Of a DNA stretch of 64,000 nt, positions 27,500 through 37,160 are shown one piece after another (position 1 is the first letter of the stretch; every line of letters starts with the position of its first letter). The notes below the pieces were generated by a model. That model saw only the letters and a list, made by a program, of their open reading frames with translations, had not been told where the DNA came from and ran no database searches. Origin of the DNA: Myxococcota bacterium (GTDB lineage Bacteria > Myxococcota_A > SURF-8); contig OZ223209.1 of the NCBI GenBank assembly GCA_965140415.1, positions 4,992,001 through 5,056,000 of the forward strand, in the 5' to 3' direction. Made by a program: the position numbers and the translations under genes.

Positions 27500-28033
27500 A
27501 TGGTGCGCCGTTTGATTTCGGCAACAATACTGATTTTGTGGCTCTGCACGAACGCCATCGCCGCCGAACCGGCTCCCGTCTCATCATCCACAACGGAAAA
27601 GAAAACGGACGACGACGGCTACAAGCGCGTGTATCAATCGCAGGAAGAAATTCCGAACTGGGTCGAACATCCCGTGGCAGACGATGAAAAATGGGTTTAC
27701 GGTGTCGGCAAAGGCAATAATTTAAAGGGCGTTTTCGAAGCGCAATATCTGGCGGTGCAGGAAGCCGTCGCCCAGTTGATGGACAAGCATCTCGGCAAAG
27801 ACACCAAACGGGAAATCAACATCGACTGGCTCAGGCAAGGCCGCAAAATGACTATGATTATCCTGGTACGCATTCCATTGCAAAGAGGTGCGCTGGAAAT
27901 CGAAGACGTTCACCTGGTGGGTAGCTATACTGAAACCTGGGAACAGGCGGGACAGCGGGTTTTCGTGGCCTGGGCCAAGGTAAGCTGGTCGCGCCGCACA
28001 CTTAAGCGCGCCTTGCAGGAATTGTCGATTTAA
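27500..28033 (+). CDS. Secreted hypothetical protein (LPP20-like segment)
   Basis: RBS GGAGG before ATG 27500; signal peptide; P.WV...YGVG...A...A...A motif. Confidence 0.6.
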   Translation: MVRRLISATILILWLCTNAIAAEPAPVSSSTTEKKTDDDGYKRVYQSQEEIPNWVEHPVADDEKWVYGVGKGNNLKGVFEAQYLAVQEAVAQLMDKHLGKDTKREINIDWLRQGRKMTMIILVRIPLQRGALEIEDVHLVGSYTETWEQAGQRVFVAWAKVSWSRRTLKRALQELSI

Positions 28034-28046
28034 CCGCGATTGACGT

Positions 28047-29738
28047 TCACCGGCTGCCGGATCGGTCCAGTCGCCTGTCTGTTACATGCCAGTAACTCAC
28101 ACTTTGCACCCACTGCGGCCAGCCTTGCTCGTCGCGGTAGAGAATCTGCCTGATCACCGGCGACTCCAATTCGTACAAATAAGAGATCATCCGGCACGAG
28201 CCAGGCGTCGGTAGTTTTTCCGGCTTTTCTTCGTCGCAGCGCGGTTCGCGATACCAATACCGCTCACCGAATTCTTCCGGGTCGGCAATCAAACTGTCCA
28301 TTGGGCGCAGGCATAAGGAAGCACCCACCGGTGCCAGCACGGGAGAAAACGCGCTTTCCGATTCCGGTCTGGCGGGATCTGCATACAAACGGATGCGCTC
28401 ACCTTGGTTTAATTGCAGCGCCTCGCGTTGAGCGGAGAGTATTTGATGAAAAACGGTTGGAGGCGCAAAGCCATCCGCCATCAAGGAAGGCAGCAGCACA
28501 AGCGCCACGAATCCGAGGGTGAGCCGTTCTTTTCCATCGCTGATCATTCGAGACAAGTTCGTTGCGCCAAGCGCCACTAAGGGAGCCGAAAGCAACCAAG
28601 CCAATACCCAGCCTGTCGCCGGATCGCCGTTCCAGTCGCCACTGTCCGGCCACAGAAACGGCATCATCCCACCCAATACCGCACTTAATACAAGCAGCGG
28701 TTTATGCAGTGTTACGGCAAAGGTTGCCCCGGCAAGCCATAGCGCCACCGCAAACAACGAGGCACCCTGTCCGTGTACCGAAACACCCCATCCCACGGGC
28801 ATAGGCCATACGTCCCCGGACTGCCAACGTAGCCAGAAACCGACAGCCAATCCAAGCAGGAGCAGGCTTGCCGTCTGCCACCAGCGTTTCGGAGTGTGAC
28901 CGGAACGAATCAGGATAACTACATAACAAGCCAGCCACACAACACTTGCCAGGGAGGCATTGGGAAGAAACGCCAAACCAAACGCGGTTAGCGGAGCCAG
29001 TAAAACCAACGCGATGATGCTGCCGGTTTCAAGTGTCAGCGTCATAGCCAGAAGCAGTGTCAGTTGCAGTGCGACCAGCCGCATGAAGGAAGTATCGGAA
29101 GCGAAATGCAGTAATAGCGGAGCAGAACACGCCGCCAGTAGCGCTGCCCAGCGCGCGATACGGACCTCACCACTCCACGTTCGTGCAAGAGCATAGACCA
29201 GCGCAATACAGAGCAATGAATACAACCTGCTCACATGGGCCAGCACTTCAAAGGGGTCCGTAACCGGCCACAGCAGCGAAAGCAAGTACGACAAGCCACC
29301 CTGTCCCAGTTGCCACAACAACGGCTGTTGCGCATTCGGAATCAGCGACTCGCGCAGCAGCCAGGCTGAAGACGGCAGCGTGGAAACGGCGTCCTCGCGG
29401 CCCAGCGCCCAGCCGAGAATTCCCAGTATCGCCAGCCAGAGCAGCGTAACACCCTTCCCATAGAATGTGCTGCTTTCCGAATCCTGCGCCTTTTTCAAGC
29501 AAGCCGCAGCGATCAGCAAACCGGCAACAAGCGGCAACGTCGCCCACAACCAGAAAGAAAGCTTGCTCCATAGCGGAATCTTGGAAAACGCCGGTCTGAG
29601 CCACTGGCAGTTAGAGAGCCACTCGACCGGAATATCCGCCGCAAACAGATTTTGTTGAAAAGCCAAAAGATAGAAAGCGAGCGCCAGCGAAATCGGGCTC
29701 ACTTTCCAGAACAACGATTGGGAAGGAAGGGTCTTCAT
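28047..29738 (-). CDS. Polytopic membrane protein, possibly a GT-C (ArnT/PMT-like) glycosyltransferase
   Basis: More than 10 hydrophobic segments; the LYSLL.IALVYALAR...A..AALLAA.S.P pattern typical of the family. Confidence 0.55.
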   Translation of the reverse strand: MKTLPSQSLFWKVSPISLALAFYLLAFQQNLFAADIPVEWLSNCQWLRPAFSKIPLWSKLSFWLWATLPLVAGLLIAAACLKKAQDSESSTFYGKGVTLLWLAILGILGWALGREDAVSTLPSSAWLLRESLIPNAQQPLLWQLGQGGLSYLLSLLWPVTDPFEVLAHVSRLYSLLCIALVYALARTWSGEVRIARWAALLAACSAPLLLHFASDTSFMRLVALQLTLLLAMTLTLETGSIIALVLLAPLTAFGLAFLPNASLASVVWLACYVVILIRSGHTPKRWWQTASLLLLGLAVGFWLRWQSGDVWPMPVGWGVSVHGQGASLFAVALWLAGATFAVTLHKPLLVLSAVLGGMMPFLWPDSGDWNGDPATGWVLAWLLSAPLVALGATNLSRMISDGKERLTLGFVALVLLPSLMADGFAPPTVFHQILSAQREALQLNQGERIRLYADPARPESESAFSPVLAPVGASLCLRPMDSLIADPEEFGERYWYREPRCDEEKPEKLPTPGSCRMISYLYELESPVIRQILYRDEQGWPQWVQSVSYWHVTDRRLDRSGSR

Positions 29739-29816
29739 GTCATTCGACCCCGAAAGCAGGGTCGAAGAGGCGATAAAACATGTAACCAGTTGGTATCATA
29801 GATGATTCCGACAGGG

Positions 29817-31943
29817 TTATTCGCCCATGATGATATGATAGCCTTTTCCGTAGTCGCCATCCTTCGGATCGATCTCCAACGGCTCCTCTTCGTCGTTCTC
29901 CTGCTCGTTCGCCGGTTCGTTAGGGGTGATAATGAGATATTTTTCTTCGCCGCTCTGTTTGGCCAGTTCTTTTTGTTCTTCCAGCAATTGCCGTACACCT
30001 TCTACGATACCCACGCGGTCGTGGAAATCCTGCGGAACGTCGTAGTCCATGAACTCGTCGCCGTACAAATCTCGAATATATTCACTGCGTTCCTTGAGTT
30101 TGTCGCGGAAGATTTTTTTAATCTCCTCCGGCGTTTCGATGATGTGCGGCGTGATGACGACCATCAGGTTGGTCTTTTCGGAACGGCCACTGTCGGTACG
30201 GAACAAGCGCCCGATAATGGGCAAATCCCCGAAGAACGGAACCTTTTCAACATCCTTGGCATCCAGATCACGCATCAAACCGCCGATTGCCACCCTTGAA
30301 CCGGTCAACGCGGTGGCGGTGGTCTTCACCGCACGCTTGGATGTGGTGGGGCCGAGCACTTCGCTTACAGCCTGTAAATCTTCGATGGTGATTTCAATCT
30401 TCAACTTGACGCGCCGGTTTTCGTTGATTTCCGGCTTGATTTTGACCGTCAGCGCCACATCCTGCCGTTGAATCGAGAGCACCGGCTGGTTGTAATTGTC
30501 CATCGACGATCCCGTGATGAAGGGAACGTTACTACCGACAATGACTTCCGCTTCTTCGTTGTCCACGCCCATCAAGTAGGGATTGGCAACCACGTTGACA
30601 TTACTGGTGCTCTGCAACATCTTGATCAGCACACCGAAAGAAGGAAATGTAAAGCCCAGACCGAACGCATCGCCCGCCCCGTCCACAGCAGGCCCCTGCG
30701 CTCCAAAAGCCAGGCCCATCAACGAAGTGGCACTGATCGAGACGGCATTTAACGAGCCGTAGCTGGTCGAACCGATAACGTAGGTATCATCGGCGGATTT
30801 CAGCTTTTTCCCCGCCGCAAGCGCCAGACCGATCTGCTCCGAATCGTTGACCGTAACTTCCAGAATAACGGCCTCCAAGAACACCTGACGCGGGAAGCGA
30901 TCCAACTTCTTGATCACACTTTGTAATTCCCTGATGCCACGCGGTGGTCCCACCAGAATCAGGGCGTTGTTCTGTTTGTCGGCGGTAACTTTAACTTCCA
31001 AGTCTTCGTTGAATTCATGCCGACGGCTTTTTTTCGTACTGCCTTTTTTCGAAACGATGTTCTGTAGCGTTGTACTCAGTTCCTCTGCTTTGGCGAACTG
31101 CAAAAAGCTGACCTTCATTTCAATCGAGCGGTCGATGGTCACATCCAGTTTGGGAACGAACGCCATCACGCGCTGACAGGCTTCCTCGTCCCCAACCACA
31201 TACAGCGAATTCGTGCGGTCGTCGGTCACGATCTGGTCCAGGCCGACGGCGGCGTCCTTGCCCTTTCCACCTTTTAAAAAGAGTTCTTCAAGGATTTTAG
31301 CGACATCGGCGATGTCTGAATGCTGCGCCTTCCAATAATAAACGCGGGTGGTATCGTCGCCGACATCCAGCTTTTTTAAAATTTCGAGCATACGGGGCAA
31401 GCGATGCTGTAATTCGATGAACAGCAGAAAGTCGTTGAACGCATAGATTTTTCCATTACCCGAACGAAGTTCGTTCATCAAGCTCATGGCATCGCTGGAT
31501 TCCAAGTGCTTCAGATGATAGAGCAGCGTCACCTGCGGGCTGCTGCTGTCGAGTTCGGGAAGACTCTGGATGTAAAGCGCGCTGGGAAAGTCGTTGAAGT
31601 TTTTTTCCATGCGCGCTTTCCGGTACGGACCCACGGTTTCATAGGTCACGCCGATGCTGTCCAGCATCCACAACAGGCTGTCCCAGATTTCCGTACGCCC
31701 CAGGCCATCCGGCGCGATGACGTACATCTTGGCGCGTTCCTTGATTTTTTCGGGCATCAGAACATTGACCTTGGTGAATTCCGCCACCGTGCTCATGAAC
31801 TGATCGAATTCAATCACTTCCTCGCCGAAATACAGGCGGTCGTTCTCGACTTTCACCTGGGCAGAAGCCAAAGAAGGCACAAGCAGCAATACTGCAAAAA
31901 AGGTCAAGAATAGCGCGACTTTATTCAGGATGCATCGTTTCAT
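29817..31943 (-). CDS. gspD: Type II secretion system secretin
   Basis: N-domains (DDRTNSL, ADKQNNALI, LDRFPRQVFLEAVILEV) and secretin motifs (DNEEAEVIVG, KVPFFGDLPIIGRLFR, VITPHII). Confidence 0.88.
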   Translation of the reverse strand: MKRCILNKVALFLTFFAVLLLVPSLASAQVKVENDRLYFGEEVIEFDQFMSTVAEFTKVNVLMPEKIKERAKMYVIAPDGLGRTEIWDSLLWMLDSIGVTYETVGPYRKARMEKNFNDFPSALYIQSLPELDSSSPQVTLLYHLKHLESSDAMSLMNELRSGNGKIYAFNDFLLFIELQHRLPRMLEILKKLDVGDDTTRVYYWKAQHSDIADVAKILEELFLKGGKGKDAAVGLDQIVTDDRTNSLYVVGDEEACQRVMAFVPKLDVTIDRSIEMKVSFLQFAKAEELSTTLQNIVSKKGSTKKSRRHEFNEDLEVKVTADKQNNALILVGPPRGIRELQSVIKKLDRFPRQVFLEAVILEVTVNDSEQIGLALAAGKKLKSADDTYVIGSTSYGSLNAVSISATSLMGLAFGAQGPAVDGAGDAFGLGFTFPSFGVLIKMLQSTSNVNVVANPYLMGVDNEEAEVIVGSNVPFITGSSMDNYNQPVLSIQRQDVALTVKIKPEINENRRVKLKIEITIEDLQAVSEVLGPTTSKRAVKTTATALTGSRVAIGGLMRDLDAKDVEKVPFFGDLPIIGRLFRTDSGRSEKTNLMVVITPHIIETPEEIKKIFRDKLKERSEYIRDLYGDEFMDYDVPQDFHDRVGIVEGVRQLLEEQKELAKQSGEEKYLIITPNEPANEQENDEEEPLEIDPKDGDYGKGYHIIMGE

Positions 31944-32134
31944 TATTTTCACCGTCGTTCGGCCAACCTTCTTACTCTTTATAAGGCGCACAGCATAGCG
32001 TATTGTTACCCGAAACACAACCAAATGCTCGTCTGTTCGGCAACAGATGATAAATTCTGAGTATGGGGTTTTAGCTGCGTATCCGCTAAGAGAGGCTGCG
32101 CAGGATCTTTCAAGATTCGAAGATCACGCGAAAC

Positions 32135-33196
<1,062 letters not shown>

Positions 33197-33281
33197 TTAC
33201 CAGTCGAACCGGGGTAGCATAGCACCCCAATTCCGCGATATGCAAGGGAATTTTCGGGGAGTAAAAACCGCTTGTTCAGCT

Positions 33282-34079
33282 TTATCCGAGCGCGTTATTG
33301 AACAGATCGTCGGCGCGTTGCAGGCGATAGGCTTCTGCGTAGGCGAAACCTGCTGATTTCCCAACCGATTCGGCCCATTGACGAATCAGGACTTCCAACG
33401 CCGGACGGTAGTTGTCCGGGTCCAATAAGGGGATCAATTCCTGGTGTCTGCCGGTAGCCTTCAAGGTCTGTTGCAGATCGGTCATCATGGCGCGGATCTG
33501 GCTTTCGTGGACGTCCAAGGCGGCGATTTTATCCTCGATGCTGTCGCTGATATCCTCGATATGATTGGCGTTCTGGTTGTCCTTGGCGAACCAGTAGGCG
33601 GTGGGTGTCAGATGCGGCAGCAACCCGGCCTGTACCTGTTCGGGGTGGAACAGGGGCATTTTCGCAAATTCGAAGGCTTCCAGTGCGGCCATGGCAACGT
33701 GTCGATGGTCGGGATGCGGCTCGTAGGGAGCGAAAAGGTCGAAACTCATCAGAATGTCCGGGCGAAAACGGCGAATCCATTCGATGTAGATTTTGCGCAG
33801 CTCGTTTTTCGGAAATTCATCCAGGAAACCGTCCGGATGACCCAGGAAATGCACTTCTTTCTTTCCCAGCAGCTTTGCTGCCGCCTTGGCTTCCCGCTCG
33901 CGGCTCTGCGCGATCAGTTCGGCCTGATCCAGTTCGTAGGAACCGCGCCCGTTGTCGGTGGCGATCACTTCAACGATCTCCGCTCCGGCTTTGGCCAGCT
34001 TCGCTACCAAACCACCGGCGAAAAACTCGCAATCATCCGCATGTGCGCTAAGAATCAGAACTCTCATCGCCTGGCTCAT
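33282..34079 (-). CDS. PIG-L family deacetylase
   Basis: AHADD.E, R..EA..AA..LG, HPDH, H.SQ. Confidence 0.9.
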   Translation of the reverse strand: MSQAMRVLILSAHADDCEFFAGGLVAKLAKAGAEIVEVIATDNGRGSYELDQAELIAQSREREAKAAAKLLGKKEVHFLGHPDGFLDEFPKNELRKIYIEWIRRFRPDILMSFDLFAPYEPHPDHRHVAMAALEAFEFAKMPLFHPEQVQAGLLPHLTPTAYWFAKDNQNANHIEDISDSIEDKIAALDVHESQIRAMMTDLQQTLKATGRHQELIPLLDPDNYRPALEVLIRQWAESVGKSAGFAYAEAYRLQRADDLFNNALG

Positions 34080-36396
34080 CTGCGTTACTCCCTGCTTGCT
34101 GTTCTGAAGAATCGATCTGACAACTTTTCTTTTTATCCGCCTTGGCAATGGGCAGGATCACCTTGAAGGTCGCTCCCCAGCCCAATTCGCTACTGACGCG
34201 GATCTCACCGTCGTAGCGCTTGACAATGCCGTAACAAATCGACAGCCCCAGCCCCGTTCCCTGACCCGGCGCCTTGGTGCTGACAAAGGGGTCGAATAAT
34301 TTGTCCAACAATTCCGCTGCAATACCAGGACCATCGTCCCGAATCGAGATCGTCACTTTGCCGTCGTGCTGCGAAGTGGCAATCCAGATGTTGCCGGAAT
34401 CGTTTTCGATCGCCTGAATGGAATTGTGAATAATGTTGATGAAAATTTCCTGTAACTGCATTTCCTCGATGCAGACCTTGGGCAACGCAGGATCGTAGTT
34501 ACGGTGGAAGATGATGCGCCCCAGCCGCACTTCCTTGTCCCAGAAGGTCAGAATCTCATCGAGCGAGGCATTGACGTCCGCCTCTTCCACACGCGCCTCG
34601 CTCTTTCGGGCGAAGCTAAGCAGGCGATGGGTAATATCCCGGCAACGCCGCACCTGTGCGCGGATTTTGGGCAGACTCTGGTTCAATTCCTCTAGCGTGT
34701 CCGCCTGATTCACCAACGGATCATCTTCCAGTAATTCCGAAAGATAACCACTGATTTCGCCGATGACCGCCAGCGGATTATTGATTTCATGCGCCACACC
34801 CGCCGCAAGTCGTCCTACCGCCGCAAGTCGTTCCGACTGCATGATCTGGTTGATCAGAGCCTTACGGTGCGTGATGTCGCGACATGCTCCCACCGTGCCG
34901 ATCATGTTGCCGTCTTCGTCTTTCAGTTGCGAAAGTGTAATCGTAACGGAAACATCGTGACCGTCTTTGTGGATCAGCTTGGTTTCGTAGTCGGCTACGG
35001 TGCCTTCGTTCTTCACACGACGTAGCAGCGATTCCCGCTCTAGCTTGGTGTGATATAAAATCCACACTGGCTTGCCGAAAACGTCTTCCTGGCTGTAACC
35101 CAAGCTGGCCTGCGCACCGGGATTGAATTGCACGATACGGTTTTGAAGATCGGTGGTGATAATGATGATCGGACTGTGATCGAGAATGTTCTGCAAATAG
35201 TCGCGCGTCGATTTCAATTCGATTTCAGCGAGTTTGAAATCGGTCACATCCTGCATGATGCCGCACACCGCCGTCACCGCTCCGTTTTCATCGAGCACGG
35301 GATACTTGACCGTAGACAGGTAGACCTCACGACCATTAAGCAGCATCTGCTCTTCCAGCGTGATTTCCTTGCGCGTCTCCAGTACGGTGCGGTCGCTGTG
35401 GCGAATGATCTCCGCCGTTGGGGCATCCAGAATTTCAAGGTCGCTGCGCCCCAGAATCTCGTTTTTACTGCGACCATACAAGGTGCAGGCCGCCGGATTG
35501 ACTTCCTCATACACGCCGCGCGGCGTTTTGATATAGGTCGCCATCGGCGCGCTTTCCATAAACTGGTGCAGCTGAATTTCGGTGGCCTTTAACTGCTGAT
35601 CCAGTTGAATGCGCTGCGTGATATCGCGGGTGGATTCGATCATGCCGCTAACGGTGCCGTCTTTTTCGATCAACGGAGCGGCAACAATCGTGGCGTAGCG
35701 CCGGTTGCCGTCTTTATCGAAATGCTTGCGAACGAGCGTGATGGTCTGGCGCGTATTCAACACATTGGAAAACGGGCAGTTTCCCACCGCCACCTGGCAT
35801 TCGCCGCGAATATTCTGTTCTACGTCGTAGCAGTGCCGCCCTACGACTTCCTGGATGGAATAGTTGTTGTTTTTCAGAAAGCCTGCATTGGCGTCCTGAA
35901 TACGCATATTCAGATCCACCACCACGATTTCATCCGGTAGGCTGTCGAAAATCTGGCTGAACCAGTTGCGCTCTTTTTCCACGCGCTCGCGCGTTTCGTT
36001 TTTATGGCGGATCACCGCCTCTTCCGCCTGAAACAATTCCCAGAACAAGCTGGCTCCGAAATGGTCGATCAACGGGACATGGCGCGGACGTTCGCGCTCC
36101 AGTTCATCGCGAATGGCGATATCTCCGGTGAGTTCGATAATCAGATCCAGATCCGGGAGATTGAACAGATCCCGGTAGTCGTTGGTCACGATGGCACCTT
36201 CAATCTGGTGGGCGTGCAGCAGGCCGGGAGCTTTCGGGTCGATATCCGCCACGCCGCGAATCGAAAACCGCCATTGCCCCAGGCGATCGCCCTCGATCAT
36301 GCGCAAAAAGGATTCGCATCCCCTGCCACCACCGACGATCACGATGTTCAACGGCTTGTTTTTCTGCTTCTGTATTTGCGTGAATGCTTGTGACAT
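34048..36396 (-). CDS. Cytoplasmic multi-PAS sensor histidine kinase (NtrB-like) with an N-terminal Rossmann-like domain
   Basis: IVIVGGG N-terminus, three PAS/PAC repeats, AHEINNPL, DDGPG, FDPF.STK, GTGLGLS. Confidence 0.92.
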   Translation of the reverse strand: MSQAFTQIQKQKNKPLNIVIVGGGRGCESFLRMIEGDRLGQWRFSIRGVADIDPKAPGLLHAHQIEGAIVTNDYRDLFNLPDLDLIIELTGDIAIRDELERERPRHVPLIDHFGASLFWELFQAEEAVIRHKNETRERVEKERNWFSQIFDSLPDEIVVVDLNMRIQDANAGFLKNNNYSIQEVVGRHCYDVEQNIRGECQVAVGNCPFSNVLNTRQTITLVRKHFDKDGNRRYATIVAAPLIEKDGTVSGMIESTRDITQRIQLDQQLKATEIQLHQFMESAPMATYIKTPRGVYEEVNPAACTLYGRSKNEILGRSDLEILDAPTAEIIRHSDRTVLETRKEITLEEQMLLNGREVYLSTVKYPVLDENGAVTAVCGIMQDVTDFKLAEIELKSTRDYLQNILDHSPIIIITTDLQNRIVQFNPGAQASLGYSQEDVFGKPVWILYHTKLERESLLRRVKNEGTVADYETKLIHKDGHDVSVTITLSQLKDEDGNMIGTVGACRDITHRKALINQIMQSERLAAVGRLAAGVAHEINNPLAVIGEISGYLSELLEDDPLVNQADTLEELNQSLPKIRAQVRRCRDITHRLLSFARKSEARVEEADVNASLDEILTFWDKEVRLGRIIFHRNYDPALPKVCIEEMQLQEIFINIIHNSIQAIENDSGNIWIATSQHDGKVTISIRDDGPGIAAELLDKLFDPFVSTKAPGQGTGLGLSICYGIVKRYDGEIRVSSELGWGATFKVILPIAKADKKKSCQIDSSEQQAGSNADEPGDESSDS

Positions 36397-36511
36397 GCCA
36401 CTTCCGTTTCGGATCAACCGCTTCGCTACTAAAAGAAACGGGATGAGTTTCCCATCCCGAATCGGTTCAATTCATCTCTTTCATGCAGGCGTGAAAGATC
36501 GCAGATCCGAT

Positions 36512-36970
36512 CTAGTCCTCATGATCTTTCAGAGCTTCTCGCGGGGAGAGAATGGCCATATGGAATTTTTCATCCAGCTCATCATCGATTTGAGCTTCTT
36601 TTTGCTCGAAAGCTTTTTCAATCGCCTGGGTCAGATCGTCGAATTCGCAGGGTTTAAGCAGGTAATCAAACGCCCCTTTCTTCAACCCTTTCACCGCCGA
36701 TTCGATCGTCCCATGACCGGTCAGCATAATCACTTCCACATGGGGAAACTGCTTTTTGATTTCCAACAGCGTTTCCGAGCCACCCATACCGGGCATCAGG
36801 ATATCCAGCACAACGACGTCGACTTCATGCTGCGGGATTTTTTCCAGCGCTTCTTCGCCACTATTGGCCACATCTACGCGATAACCGCGCTTGACCAGGC
36901 GCTTGCTCATGTATTCGACGAATTCCTTTTCATCGTCCACCAGCATCACGGATATTTTTCTCATCTTCAT
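36512..36970 (-). CDS. Response regulator, receiver domain only
   Basis: LVDDE, LDILMPG, MLTGHG, YLLKP. Confidence 0.93.
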   Translation of the reverse strand: MKMRKISVMLVDDEKEFVEYMSKRLVKRGYRVDVANSGEEALEKIPQHEVDVVVLDILMPGMGGSETLLEIKKQFPHVEVIMLTGHGTIESAVKGLKKGAFDYLLKPCEFDDLTQAIEKAFEQKEAQIDDELDEKFHMAILSPREALKDHED

Positions 36971-37160
36971 GATCGCGATCCTCTGCTATTCGAACTCGCT
37001 TAATTCTAGGACAGACTCGTTGTCACGTCAACATTCCACTATTTACCGCATATTATTTCCAACGTTTTTTTCTTTCGAAACCAAACGTTCGGCTCTTCTT
37101 TGTTCTTCCAATTTTATCGACCTAATGCAAGATATTTCTTTCTTTGTCTTGCTTCCCAAT

